From contig MU058198.1 in NCBI GenBank assembly GCA_013265495.1, positions 2,926,419-2,990,418 on the forward strand: DNA of 64,000 nt, written 5' to 3'. This stretch comes from Vicugna vicugna. Its lineage: Eukaryota. The notes below the pieces were generated by a model that saw only the letters and a list, made by a program, of their open reading frames with translations, searched no databases and was not told where the DNA came from. Positions 1 to 13,317 of the stretch are shown one piece after another. A program made the position numbers and the translations under genes. Numbering within the stretch: position 1 is the first letter of the stretch; the number at the start of each line of letters is the position of its first letter.

Positions 1-745
1 TTCTGATGGATGCGCTACAGTTCCCCCATTGCTGAAGGGTACTCTCCCCTCTGGATGAAGTCAGCTTGCAACTTTACCCTCCATCAAAGCTACGGAGCTG
101 TTAATTTTCCAGATAATCCTTCAAATCCATATGTCAGATTTCTACCCACCTTACTGCAACTCTGAATAAATCAGCCTGATGCTTCATATAAGTATCAAAC
201 GTATTTAAGGCTCTTATTTTATGTTAACCACAAAGTTTCCCTTGCCTTATGAAGACATCTGCCAGGAGAAAGGTAAGGCTGATGGAAGCTTTTCATTTTT
301 CTCATTGGTCTTTGATTCTGTGGCTAGAATTTTCTAAGATCTGGGAGCTTCAGGCAAATCTTTAGGCCCTGAGTCATCTAAAAGGTTTGTATCTTTATTT
401 CACTATAAAAACCAGAGAAAATAAGACTAGTTGGGGTGCAGATCAAAGCTCCATTTTTGAAAAATGTTTCCATTAGAGCCAAGTCATAAAATTTTAGACT
501 TTGGTAACCAGATATATTGCTTCTCTATGAACTGAGTCCATGCCATTCTGCCACAGCAAAAAGGAAGAGAAATATTACATTCATGTGCTGAGGACATGGT
601 TTTATTATCCTGAACCAAGATTTATTACCATGGACCTCATGAGACAAGTAACTCTGGTACTTAACTGCAATCATAAAAATAGCAGTCTTGTAAAAGTAAA
701 AATTATTGTCTTTGGCAAACACTTCTCAAATTTATTTGATCAATA

Positions 746-1241
746 CAGATCTTCTTTGACTTACAATGAATTTATATCCTGGTAAACCCATTATAAGTTG
801 AAAATCTCATAAGTCAAAAACTCATTTAATATCCCTACCCCACCAAGCATCATAGCTCAGCCTAGCCTACCTTAAATAGGCCATGCTCAGAACACTTACA
901 TTAGCCTACAGTTGGGCAAAAATCAACTAACACAACACCTGTTTTCTAATGAAGTTTTGAATATCTCACGTACTGTATTGAGTCCTGTACTGAAAGAATG
1001 AGTGCTGGGTACAGAATGGTTGTAAGTTGTTTACCCTCGTGATCACGTGACTGACTGGGATATGCAACTTGCTGCCACTGCCCAGCATCACAAGAAAATA
1101 TCATACCAGGTGTCATCGCCCAGGGAAAAGTTCAAAACTCAAAATTCAAAGTTCTGTTTCTACTGAACGTTTATCACTTTCACACTATTGTAGAATCAAA
1201 AAAAAAAGTAAGTTGAAACATCGTAAGTCAGGGACAATCTG
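746..1241. mobile_element. TcMar-Tigger non-autonomous DNA transposon (Tigger5/MER47-like), full length
   Basis: TA at 744-745 and 1242-1243. Terminal inverted repeats: cagatcttctttgacttacaatg versus the right end reverse-complemented, cagattgtccctgacttacgatg. Internal sequence resembles MER47 (agcctagcctaccttaaa...ctcagaacacttacattagcctacagttgggcaaaa). Confidence 0.85.
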
Positions 1242-1789
1242 TATTAAATGACTGTCTACCAAGGTAACATTTTAGGGTATCTGTGTATATCTTGCTGCTA
1301 ACTTAGCAGACTCACGGGGAGACTGTGTTGTCAACATCAAATGTCCTTGGAAGCATGACTGAGGTTTTCCTAGTTCAGGCAAAAATAATAGTATGTACAA
1401 ACTCATGATAGGGAGAAACAATACGGTTTGTTCAAGAACTATGAATAGCGTTCCTGCATGAGTACTGGGGGAGAAGAGTAGGATGTGAAATTGAAGGAAT
1501 AAGTAGTGGTCAGTTCGCAGTACTACGCCATGCTGACTATTTGCATCTTTATCTTATAACTAGATTTCTACCCAAAGGGTATTGATCTGGGAAGTAGCGT
1601 TAAAAGCAGTTTATACTAAAAAGTATGGACGTATCTATTGTAGCATACAAAGGTGAATTTATAGCTTTAAATCATACTAATATCTAAAAAGGAAAAAAAG
1701 CATTTCATCTTAAATTTTTAAAAGAAGAAAAATCATACTCAAAGGAAAACAAAAGGAAGGAAATGACTAGGCTCTCAAAGCTCATTTTA

Positions 1790-2099
1790 TACCTCATGCT
1801 TTCTATTTTTCCCATCTCTTAAAATGTTCTTGTCCCTTTTTTGTCATATGCAAACTCCTATTCATCCCTCAAGACCCAAATCAAAGTTCTGTGAAATACT
1901 TCCTGAATCTATGCTAACACTGTACCTTGCACATATTTCATTTTTGCCATTATTCCTATATGTCTGTCTCCATCACTAGACTGTGACCTTCCTAAGAACA
2001 AGAGTTAGGTTTTTCTTTATCTTTGTATCCCCAGCTCCTGGGACATCATCTAACACATAGTAGGTACTTTTCCCCATGTATTTATCAAGTGAATGAATG
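1790..2099 (+). mobile_element. L2 LINE 3' fragment
   Basis: ctagactgtgacc...tatccccagctcctgg...acatagtaggtact...gaatgaatg, a typical L2 3' terminus. Confidence 0.7.
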
Positions 2100-2797
2100 G
2101 CCCCCGTGGCTCTGGATTTACTGATGAAGTTATTTGATAGATATAGACTATTTAATAACTAGTCAATCAGGTCTTACATCAATCATTTGGATCAGGGGAG
2201 AAGTCTAGCTCAAAACACATAACAGCCCCCCAGTAAATACTTTTTAGTGAGCCCGGAAGATGTGGTCCATCACAAAGTAAGGAACTAAACCTCAGCAGTA
2301 TCGTTATATTGATATCCCATGGGGTCTGAGGTCAAAGATTTGTGACAAGGAAGTAATGCAAAATTGAGCCCTGGGACTGCAAGAAATACCAGAGGGCTCT
2401 AGGCCCGTATCAACCACCATGGTCCTGGGGACACTGATTGAGAAATTTGTTTATTGGGGTTGGTGACCTCTAAATTTGGATTTGTCTGTCTTCTCTCTAA
2501 GCCACTCATTAATCTGCAGAAAGTTCTCTGAGCCTTGATCATTACTGCCTTATTAGCATACCATTAATTTCTATGTCAAGTAGGGGTCACCGACGATCAC
2601 TGTGACACAATCATTCTCCAAATGTAGGTAATTGAATCATTTAAATTTCTGAACAGAAATGAGAAGATATGTCTCAAAAAAAAAAATGGTCCAGTGATAA
2701 GAGAACGAGGAGTATCCTTGAGTTAGAAACAACATTTTTGTAGAGGAGGAAAGAGAATGTCAAAAACTCCAGGCAAGGACTTTACATGTCCATGGTA

Positions 2798-3035
2798 AAT
2801 GTCCAGAAAGGGCAAATCGTAGGGACAGAAAGGAGAGTAGTGGTTGCCTGGGGCTGGAGTAGGGAGAGGAGACTAAATGTACATGGGCTCAAGGAGTCTT
2901 ACTGGGTGATGGAGATCTCTGAAACTGGATTATGGTGATGAATGCACAACTCTGTCCCGTTACTACAAATCGTTGAATTACACAGGTGAGTTCTGTGTGT
3001 GATATGTAAATGATCCCTGAATAAACTTGTTGTTT
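2798..3035 (+). mobile_element. Old L1 (L1MB/L1MC-type) 3' end fragment
   Basis: aaatgtccagaaagggcaaatc...gacagaaag...agtggttgcctggggctgg...ggtgatgaatgcacaactctgt...aataaa. Confidence 0.75.
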
Positions 3036-3338
3036 AAACGATTTTAGCACATCGAGGCAGAAACAAAGTTTGGTCAGACACCACTTGTAGCAGCTTTGGA
3101 TCCAGCCACACAGAGAATTAAGGAGACTGAGGCCAGGGAAGATCTAAGAAGGGGGTTGTAACAGAATGTTCACTGCAGCATGACTGTTTAACTTTCCACT
3201 CTAGAAAATGTCAAGCATGGATAGAAATGGAGAGAATGGTATCACCAACCTCCATGTACCCAGCACCCAGTTTGAACAATTATCCAACTTGTGGACAATT
3301 TTACTTTATCTAAATCTCCACCTACTTCATTAAGGGCA

Positions 3339-3815
3339 TGACACAGCAGTTAGCACCAAGATGGTGGAAGATTCAACTCCTAGTAGACCTTGAACTTCAT
3401 TATCCGCTTATTGTGACACATTAGCATGGTAAATGGTACTCCCCCAGGTGCCATGATGGTTTCAAGGCTGACCATAAAAGGTCAAAAAGTGGGTGATGGC
3501 CCAATTCCTGGGAATCCCAGCCCTTTCCCCAAAGTAGTTGGAATAATCCTCATACTTGTTAGCATAGGAAGTTACCGAGCCCATAAAAACTAACAACATT
3601 GTACCTCCTGGTCACTCTCTTGCCTTCAGAATCCACCTACAATCTGTCCATGGAGTGTGCATCTCTCTGAATAAATCTGCTTTTACTCAACTGTGGCTCG
3701 CTCTTGAATTCTTTCCTGTGGGAAGCCAAGGACCCTCACTTGGTGGGACACATCCCAGGGACTCACCCAAGACCTGGGACACAGCCATCCTCTTGAGCCG
3801 CATTTTCCTGCATCA
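3339..3815 (+). mobile_element. ERV solo LTR (ERV1-like)
   Basis: TG...CA termini, a TATA-like cataaaa at ~3582, AATAAA at 3670-3675, then a U5-like gctcgctcttgaattctttcctg...aagccaaggaccc. No clear target-site duplication seen. Confidence 0.7.
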
Positions 3816-3989
3816 CATCCTTTCCTTCATCTCATTATTATATCTAGAAGAGAAGCTAAAGGAAAGAAATTATTCAGTATCGACCAAAGAATGGTCAGTC
3901 TTTGGTCAGTGGCAGCCTTGCCATGCCCAACTTGACATATGACATAGAATGGATATTCTAAGTTCTGTTGGAGGTGTGTAGAAATATTA

Positions 3990-4550
3990 TGATGGACATA
4001 TTTTTCTGCCCAGTATACTATCACCCCTGTTCTGAAAAAAGCACCATGGTATTCTTATGTGGAACCACCTTCTCCCCCTGGCCCCCTCCCTTCCCCATCA
4101 ACTGATAGGTTCCTGATGTTTAGGTGGGGCTGGTCCCACCCTACGGCTCCAGGGATGGGCAAGTAAGCCAGTGAGGTCCCTGTATGTCCTTGGCTGCCGT
4201 TGTGGGTTCAAAAGGGAGCAGATGCCCACACTGAATCAATCAGAGCCAACGAATGTCATCCCAAGAGCCTTAGCTGGAACTATTGGGTGAAAAATTCTCT
4301 TTCTGCGAGATAAGCAAGCTAGTTGGATGTGAGCCTGGAGTCACAGAGGATCCATCCTTGTCCCACTTGGGGAGGGTCTACCTGAGAATGAAGCCAACTG
4401 AGACAGTCCAGCAGAGCCAAGAGACAGAGACAAGTCCTCATCATGTTGTCATGGCTAAAGCCAACAGTGCCCTTGAACTTTACAGTTCATAAGCTAGTAA
4501 GTTCCCTTTTTCTGTCACTTAAATCAAGAGTTCTGCCTCATGCAAATATC
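3990..4550 (+). mobile_element. MaLR LTR (MLT1J/K-like)
   Basis: ggaaccaccttctcccc, gatgtgagcctggag, ctacctgagaatgaagccaac, ttacagttcataagc...ttccctttt motifs. Confidence 0.65.
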
Positions 4551-6145
4551 TGCCAGCCACCAGGAAGTCAGGATGGGATGTTTAAAGCATCCTTTCCATC
4601 TAACCTGTGGGAAATCTCTTTTTGAATACTAAGCTACCCTTGTCTCTCTCTTTTTTTTTTTTTTGCTACTGGAAATTCAATATGCTAATTTTTTCTTTTC
4701 CTTTGGCATTCTCTAATAAAAAGAAAAATGGACTGCAGGGAACATTCTTTGACATGATACAAATGAAGGTCTGTATTATCTAAATAAGTCATTCAGTTTA
4801 ATAAGAAGCTCATCAAAACCCCAATAGAGAGAGACACACGGGAAAAGGCAAAAGCAATTTATGCAAATACTGGGCAGAGAGGAGGGAATACAGGAGCCAA
4901 AGCATCCCCTTGGTGCCCAGATCAGCCTAACCCACTCAGCAGCGTCATGTGGCAGAGGCCTAGGGCCCATGGACTGATAGCTTCCCAGATGACGTGCGTA
5001 GGAGGAACGTCTCCAAACCAGAAAGAAGTTTTCCTGAGTAGTCTTGTCCCTTGTGTCTCTCCTGATAGCATCCTTGCCACTTTTCACGGGATGTAGATTG
5101 TATGAAGCTGGTGGAGAGGACTGGAGAATGGACTGAGAGAAGATTGTGAATGTTTTTCCCCATAAAAAAAAATGATTGCTTGCTTTATACAAGTTTTACA
5201 GGATAAGTATCACTTTGGGCCAGTCCTGCCCTGCTACACATTCTATTCCCATGATGCCAGACGGCACTCTGAGGACTATAAAATTTCCTACAATCCTTTA
5301 AGCCAGAATGGACTCTGCCCTTCTCCACATGACTCTAGAGCCAGGCAGCCTCACTGACTAAGCAGGAGAGGGTCCTGGTACTTCTCCCAGGTCACACCAA
5401 GTTGGTGAACACCAGCCTCCCTCGGCTACTCCAAATCTCTCCGACCCCTTTCTCCTCCCCACTCAGTATCAATTTCCAAAGCAAAGTGCTGTTCACAGGT
5501 TGACCTCCACTGAACTCCAAAATCACAGGGATTGGCTATCCTTGAGGGGTTGCCTCCCCCCACCCCCCAGATAAGGAAGCAGTCGTGCTAAAACCTCTCT
5601 TGTCCAGAGCCACAAATATAAAAATAATTCATTCACGCAGCAGCCATAATGATAAATAATAATCCATGCAAACGTGTGTGTGTGTGTGTATGTGTGCACC
5701 TATTTTGGGGCTGCACTCAATCAGGCAGGAAGAATACAAAGATAAACCACGCTTGGTCTCTGCCCTCAAGGAGTTCTAGAAAAACTAAGCAAATAGTAAG
5801 TGGATGCCACCCATGTAAAATCATCAACTGTTAACAGAATTCCATATGAGGTTTGCTTGCAGATTGTCCACCTGCCTCTTTCCCACTGCCTCTGTGCTCC
5901 CTTGGAGTGGGCTGTCATTGCCCCACTCCCTCCTCAGCCCCAACCCATCCTGCCCACCCACCCACTCCCTCCCTCTATTTGCAGATTTGGGTTCCCTCCA
6001 CCTTCCCCAGGTCCTGAACCCATCTTAAAAAGTTTTCCCTCCTGTGACGCTGAGCAGGGTGGATTTTTCCTGCACTGAACTCTGGCGGCGCCCACAGCCT
6101 CTTTCCTGGCCCACCCACTCCTCCCCGTCCTGGAATGCAGCCCTG

Positions 6146-6277
6146 CCCAAGAATGGGATTGCTGGATCATAGGATAAGTCTATTTTTTTTTTGAGGAATC
6201 TCCATACTGTTTTCCATAATGGCTGCACCAAACTGCATTCCTACCAACAGTGTTGGAGGGTTCCTTTTTCTCCACAT
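6146..6277 (-). mobile_element. Short internal L1 ORF2 fragment
   Basis: Minus-strand translation [15 protein letters not shown] is the conserved L1 ORF2p C-terminal-region motif; gggattgctggatcat...gaggaatctccatactgttttccataatggctgcacc. Confidence 0.85.
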
Positions 6278-7449
6278 GGTCGATGACTTATGAAACAGTG
6301 TTCAAAAATATACAACTCCCTTGAGTTTGTTGGGGACATTGTAGTCTTACTGTTATTTGTAGAAAGTGTCATGATATTAATCAAACTTCAGAGGCGCTGT
6401 GATCCATTCTGGTCTCGGACTTTTCTGTGTTTAATCCTGGAGTCCGAAGAGACAGTTACAGTATCCTGTCACGGTCCAAGTAGCTTGTTTCCTCTCCCCC
6501 ATTTCCAGCTGCTCCTCCAATTCCTGAACCAGTGGGACCCTTTCCACCACTGCCCTGGCACCTCTCACTGTCTGCGTCCAGCTGGGAAAGCCCTGGTAAA
6601 ACCCAAACAGCTTCAAGTCCAAGAAACAGGGAGTGAGGGAGACAGAGGACATTCCAGCTGCGGGGGTGGGGAGGTGGAATTCTGGCACCAGGATAGATTT
6701 GGAATGATTCAGCCCTAAATTGATAATCCTTGTCAAGAGCCTTCTGTTCGGCATCCCCTATCTCATTCTGTTCAATTAGTCATCCATTAGAAAGACACAT
6801 CAAATGTTTTACTAAAGAAGGTGGAACTCTAGTTTGAAACCCATTATTTTTCTCAATTAATCTTCTTCTTCCTTCTGGTTCCTCCCTCCAGCCTATGTCA
6901 TCTAGGTCTTGCTTCTGAAAAAAAAAAATGCAGCAAAGGACACTGAATTTCCCAACAAATTTCTGTTTTATAAAAACACTCCCACCCAGGGGTATTATGA
7001 GCCAGGGTCCAGATCTGTGATGCCCCGTGCTCACCCACGTGCTCTGCTTTTCAAGTAAAGGAAGGCACCCAAGGGCTAAGAGTCTTCCAAACTCATTAAG
7101 TAGAGGATTTACTCACTCAGTTTCTGTGCCTACCATTCTGAGAGCCTGGCTGTGGCCTCCCCTCTCCAGCCCAAAAACGGTTTCCATTAATTCTATTGTG
7201 GAGTCTATATTAAGAATGTGCCTAATATAAAGGAAATTCTTAGCTACAATTTGTTTTTTCCTGCTAAATTAAATTCAAATACCATTTACTAAACACACGA
7301 TATGCATTGAGCACTGGTGGGGAACAAAAAACTGGGAAAATCTTAGTTCCTGTCCTCCGGGGACTGATAAATTGAGATGGAGAGATGGACATGCAGAAAT
7401 AAATGAGCCACAGCAGATTCTGCTAGATGCTATGCGTGGGGCGTGTGAT

Positions 7450-8372
7450 GCACACCACGTGGGCTGCCCAGATCTTCCCTGTATGACTTCATTCTCCCAG
7501 CTGCCGTGAATGTTGGTTGCTGGATCTTTCTGCCCTCAGCTGAGGGAATCTGGCTTGCTTCAGGTAATGCCTCCTCCCTGGGGGCAGCCTGATGCAGTGA
7601 ATTGCTGGTGTGGGGTTACAAGAGCCATATCTGAAGGGCTGTGGTACTCCCTGGATCAGCCAGAGTCTATTTTGCAACTCTTTCAAGTAGTTAGATAAGT
7701 GGGGGCACCAGGCAGATAAGGCGGAGGAGAGCAGGGATGGTCTGGAAGATGGCAGCATGCCCACCTTCAGCACAAAGGGGCTTTATCTCCTCTAAGTGAG
7801 TGCCAGCAAGAAACTGGTTAGAATCCAACAGCCGCAATTGCATGGTAGTGACAAGGACCTAAACAGACATGACCCAATGCTCACTGTAACATAATTAGCA
7901 TTGTGGTTTAGGCCCCTCCCTGGGTTTTTCTCTATGCATTATAGGTAGGGGCGTGCACAAAAGGGTTGCGCACAACTAAGCACTCCAGGGGCAAGAGCCA
8001 CCAATCAATCAAAAGACCACCTCTAAGCGAGGGTATAAGAGAAGGGGCAGACAAGAATGGTCTCTTCTTGGATCAGCCCGCCTTCTGCTCTTAGAGGTGT
8101 ATTTTTCCTTTGTAAATAAATCCTTTAAATTTTTTCACTACACAATGCTTCGTCTCTTGTCTGAATTCTTATCTTTCGAGTATAACAGGCATTAGAGTCT
8201 TTTTCCTTCCTCTTTGGGGTGACATCTTCACCGTGGTTCAATTTCTCCATCCACCCATTCCTGCTGCTCGAGCTCCCCCAGTGGTGCTGTATCCAAGACC
8301 ACTCCCCCAGTATCTTTTCTACATGCAAATTTCTGCCTCAGAGTCCATTTCCTTAGAACCCAAGCTATGATG
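7450..8372 (+). mobile_element. LTR16-like ERVL LTR interrupted by a second, ERV1-like LTR (~7690-8187)
   Basis: LTR16-like 5' part (cattctcccagctgcc...ctcagctgag) and 3' end (ctgcctcagagtccatttccttagaacccaagcta). The inner segment has CCAAT (~8001), tataag (~8034), AATAAA (8115-8120) and a U5-like ctgaattctt...taaca. Confidence 0.55.
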
Positions 8373-8431
8373 AGGTACTAAGGGCAGAGGAATTTATTCA
8401 AACCAGAAAATTTGAAAAGGCATTTTAGACC

Positions 8432-9420
8432 TTTATTCAACCACTGTCTATTGAGTACCTATTCTAGGGACACAGCAACTGACAAGACAGACCTGGTCAC
8501 TGCTCTCACAAACAAGAAACAAACAGGGACCAGTGCAAAGAAGGAAAGAACGTGGTGTCGGCTAATGTTATGACAGGAAGTCATAGGGGAAGGCCCCTTT
8601 GGGTTGGGTGGCCCTCCCCCAAAATGTCGAAGGGATTGGCCATCTGCAGATAGAGGGGGAAGCAAGTCCAGGTGGAGGAAATGGTAGGTGCAAAGGCCTT
8701 GAGACAGGAGGGTGCTGACTGTGTCTAAGGAACAGAATGAGGACCCACGTGACAAGATGAGAGGGAATACGGCGGGACCCAGATCACATACAGCCTTGAA
8801 AATTAGGTGTTCAGATTTTATTCTAAGAAAGATGGAAAGGCATTGGAGGCTTAAAGCTGGGGAGTGATGTTTTCTGCTGATTATTAAGTGAAGAAGGGAT
8901 GAAAGCAGGGAGCGCCTACTTGGACATTGTATCACAGTGTGGGGTAGGGGTGACAGTGACTTGGGCTAGGGAAGTGGCAGAGGCGATGGAAAAGTACTAG
9001 ACCAACACTGAAGACAGAACAGCCAGCAGGGCCTGCTGATGTCCTGCTAGGTATGGGCAAGAAGAAGCAGCGAGGCCAGGATGACCCCCAGATCTGGGGC
9101 TTCAGCAACTGGATGGACAGTGGTGCCATTTACTAGAAAGAGGAAGAAGGATGAGTGGCTGATTTAAGGGCAGGCATTAGGTGAAAAGGATTCCTGGTGG
9201 AGGTAATATTGGAGCCATCCAGACAGGAAAATTCAGCACACATTTGAGAACCTACTGCTCATCTAATGAGTCTAATGTGGTTGGAGTGCAAGGTGTGTGG
9301 GCGTGGGAAGGAGAGTTGGGAGTCATTCAACAGGATAAGGAACACAGAAAATCAGGTTTGAGAGAAAAGGATAATTGAGTCTGTCTTGGGCATTTTAAGT
9401 CAGAGGTGACTGAGTTGTCT
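8432..9420 (-). mobile_element. L2 LINE fragment(s)
   Basis: ttattcaac...tattgagtacctattctagg, gtgcaaaggccttgag, gatttattctaag...gatggaaaggcattggagg, ggatgacccccagatctggggct. Confidence 0.75.
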
Positions 9421-9835
9421 CTGGGTGGGAAGCGCTGTTGGCAATCAAAAGCACTTCCCTGGAGTTCCGGGAGAAGTAAAGGCTGCAGCCAGAGGATCCC
9501 CTGGTGGTTGAAGCTCTGGGCGGGGCCGAGATCACACAGACAGACACACCCGCGTGATGAGGGCGGGGCTGAGAGTGGAGTCCAGGGGAACAGGGCTGCT
9601 GGGCAGGGTAGGGAGATGTAAAAGGGGACTTCAGGAGTCAAGGAAAGTCAGGACAGCACCAGAGAGCTCGGGGTCTTAGAAGCCAAAGGAGGAGAGAAAG
9701 AAAGACTTCTGCAAAGTGCAAGCTTCTTAAGAATAGCCGCCCCCACTCCTTTGCATCTTGAATCTTGTCTTCCTAACAAATGTGGCTGAATCTGATGGGT
9801 TTTTTTTTTTATATTATCTGACTTTTTTTTCACCC

Positions 9836-10018
9836 TTTTATTGAAGTATAGTCGGTTTACAATGTTGTGTTAGTCTCTGGGGTACAGCATAGTGATTCAG
9901 TTATCTCTCTATATATTCCTTTTCATATATTTCATTGTAGGCTATTACAAGGTACTGAATACAGTTCCCTGTGCTGCACGGCAGGACCTTGTTATTTACC
10001 TAGTTTATATATAGCAGC
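9836..10018 (-). mobile_element. Cetartiodactyl-type L1 3' end
   Basis: ttttattgaagtatagtcggtttacaatgttgtgttagtctctggggtacagcatagtgattcag...acagttccctgtgct, preceded by T-rich tail remnants. Confidence 0.85.
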
Positions 10019-10441
10019 GTGTAGCTGCAAATCTGCTCGCTTTTATGGGAAGAACCTCCCGCACCTTCAGCAGAGCGTAAGTCCCTGGGGCCAGAGAGCC
10101 CTCCCAGCGACCCACGCCTTCCTCCCCCAACTTCATCCTCTCGGCTTTATCCTCTTTCCTCCCACCATTTCTCGCAACACCAAGGCTAAGCTTGGAAATA
10201 CTGCCCTCTGGAAAGAAGGCAAAACAGGAAAGCATTTCTCACACTTTGAATGCAAATGAATCACTGGAGAACTTGCTAAACTGCCACCCCAATTTGGGTT
10301 CAAAGGTGTGAGATGGGGCCCGAGAGTCTCTCTTTGCTGCTGCTGCAGGGCTGCTGACCACACTTCGAGGTGCATTACCGTAAGGCAGCCTGGATGGAAA
10401 TGCCGACTTCCTGTAGGCAGGCCTCTGGAGATGTACTAAGA

Positions 10442-10610
10442 TAATAAAAATAACATCAAGCGTTTATTGAGCTCTTACTATGCGCTGCTCACTGCTAAGT
10501 GCTTCCTTTGCGTTATCTTATTTAATCCTAAAACAACACTATGAGTGAGGCATGGTTACTAGTCTCATCTATTCTCAGAGAGTTTTGAGTAACTTGCCAA
10601 ATCTCGCACT
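10442..10610 (-). mobile_element. MIR SINE
   Basis: tttattgagctcttactatg...cttatttaatcct...aacaacactatgag...gtaacttgccaa. Confidence 0.75.
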
Positions 10611-11749
10611 GAGGTTCTGTGTCTGCGTCCTCCCTGTGAGCCTGTGACCTAACCAGCGCTTACAACAACAGCCCAAGCAGGTGGGATGTGCCAAGAACCC
10701 GGCATGCTGAGGACTCTGCCAGCCCTGCTAGGTGGCCCTGAGACCTCTTGTGATGAGAATGGCCATCTGTCCATTGCAACGATGGTCCTCATCCACTCCC
10801 CATCATTGACGCGCATACTGGTGAAATTCACACAGACCCCAGCAACATTTCTACTTTGCGCACAGGTAAAAGGTAAAAGAAATTTGAAACAACTATAAAT
10901 CATGACTCACAAGCAGTCCAATAACTCGCAACTATCAGAGTTAAGACAACATCACAGTAACTGTCGATCACCGTGAACAACAGCCAAGACGAGACAGTCT
11001 GCACGTGTGTGTGATTCTTGACCCACTAACTGTGATGCGGAGGGGTTGCCTTGTTTATTTTCCCTTTTCGATACTCTGCTCTTTGGAAGTGTGTCATTAA
11101 GCCCAGACCAAGCTCAAGAGAGGAGGTAGTTAAGCTGGTTATTGATCATTTTGAGCCCCTGGATCCACCTACACCTGAAGCCGAACACTTCCAGCCTTCT
11201 CATGAAGGCTGACATGATTCAATATGTTCTTTTATTGTTGGAACCAATTTGAGTTGAATTACTGTCACCTGCAAATGAAAGACTACTAATGGATGCCCCT
11301 ACCCTCTCTTTGTCTTCTTCCAATCCATCTTCTGCACAGAAGCCAGCATGATTGCTTAAGTGAATATATGGTAAGTTCCCAGAACCACCACTAGGTCACA
11401 GCTTATTTGTACAAACGGCGTGATGAACATCTCTTGAGCTCTCAAACTGATGTAGCCCTGAGGCTTCAAGCCCATCTGCCTCTCTGGGATAATACATTCT
11501 GTTGACCCAACGCTGTCAGGAAAGCAGTCTATTTAGACTTGCTGTTTTACCACATTTTAAGAGCTTGGACACCCAGCAGTGCTTATAGACCTGGTCTCTA
11601 GCAAGGTGGAAGGAAGGGGTGCTTTGCCGATCTCAGTGACCCAGATCGGAGGTTAATGATCTTGCTGGGGCTGTTAAGTTAAATCCTGTGATTCTGCGTA
11701 TTTCACAGTAATGAGAGGAGCCCTGATATACTGGAACATTCAGTTCCTT

Positions 11750-12990
11750 GACTGTTCATTCTTTCCTTCAGTGACTATTCTTTGAGTTTGTTATGTACCT
11801 AGTACTGTGCCAGGCTCAGGGAACACGATGCTGAACAAGACTACATCCTTACCATCGTGGTGCTTGTTTCTAGTGGGGAAACAGATGATAAAGAAGTAAA
11901 TGAGGAAATAAACCAGGCGATTTCAGACGACAAGGTCCATGAGGGAAATAACAGAGAACTGACAAGAGAATACCTGATCGAGGAGGGGAGAAGAAGGCTT
12001 TGCATGGAGAGATATTTGCATTGGGAAGATATCTCTAAAAACCAAAAGGAGAAAAGGAACCAACCATGATAAACACAAAGGGGAGATCTTTCCAGGCACA
12101 GGGAATGGCAATGCCAAAGCCAGAAGGCAGAAAAGAGCTTGGTGTGTTCCGGAAACAAGAGAGAAGACAGTGTGCGTATGATGTGGGGAGTGATGTGGGG
12201 AGAAGAGCAATCAGAGATGACATTGAAGAAGTGAGCAAGGGCCATCCGTAGGACCTTTGTAGCCATGGAAACAAGGCGTTGCAAGAAAGGAGCAACATGC
12301 TCTGGTTTATGTTCTCAAAAACCGCTCTGGCTGCTGAGCAGAAAATGGATTGCCAAGGGGCAGAATGGAAACAGGGAAGACCCATGAGCTGTTGCTGAAG
12401 TCCAGGCAAGAGATGACGGTGACGAGATCCGACGCGGTGGCTATAGACTCAAGGACAAAGGGACAGATTTCTGATAATAGGACGTGCTGGTGAATTAGAA
12501 GTGAGGAAAACGCTGGTTCCTCGGTTTGGGGGCTTGACGCTGGACCACCACCTGAACTGAAGCAAAGAGTTCCACTTTGGACACACTGCCTCTGTGACGC
12601 CCATTAGTGAGTAATGAAGCCGGGCATCTGCTGAGAGGGAGAAGTGGGGGAAAGGAGGGGGGCATGAGAAGAGAGGGAAACATTTGAAATAGTAGTCTCA
12701 GAGAACAAGTAAACAAATCTCATAGAGAACATGCGATGAGGTTTCTGGGGAGGGTTATGTGCCCCTTTGAAATTTATGGTCCTGAAGCTAGCGTGAAGCG
12801 AGGCAGCCCAGAGGCATGATTGTCTCCAGAAGTATTCAGTTACATGAGTACAGACTGGTCCAACCACAATATTGAGTTTTTCTGGATGAACAGATAAAAG
12901 GATAGTGGAGGATGTTTGAAATGATGTGATGATAGCAATGGGACATGGAATCTGCTTTGGATAAGAAATAATGGGAGGACACTCAAGAGG
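11750..12990 (-). mobile_element. L2 LINE fragments
   Basis: ttcattctttc...tactgtgccaggc...tctagtgggga, ttccaggcacagggaatggca, gctctggctgctg...gtccaggcaagagatgacggtg. Confidence 0.7.
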
Positions 12991-13024
12991 CTGGATGAAA
13001 ACTTAACTGGGTCAATGGACTAGG

Positions 13025-13317
13025 GCTGCTTTGTCCAATATGAGAGTCACATGCGGCTACTGAGCACTTGAAATGAGGCTGGTCTGAACTGAGATGTACA
13101 ATAAGTGTAAAGAACACATATTTCAAAGACAGTATAAAAAAGAATGTAAAATATCTCAATAAATTTTATATTGATTGCAGTGATAATATGATCATATTTT
13201 GAATCTATTGAGTTAATTTAAATTAATTTATCTGTTTATTTTCTATTTCTTTAATGTGATTACTAGAAAATTTTAAATGACATCTATGGCTTGCATTATT
13301 TCTGTTGGACGGGACTG
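13025..13317. mobile_element. hAT-Charlie MITE (MER33/MER3-like)
   Basis: tgtccaata...cacatgcggctactgagcacttgaaatg...tactagaaaattttaaat...tggcttgcattat...ttggac with inverted termini. Confidence 0.75.
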
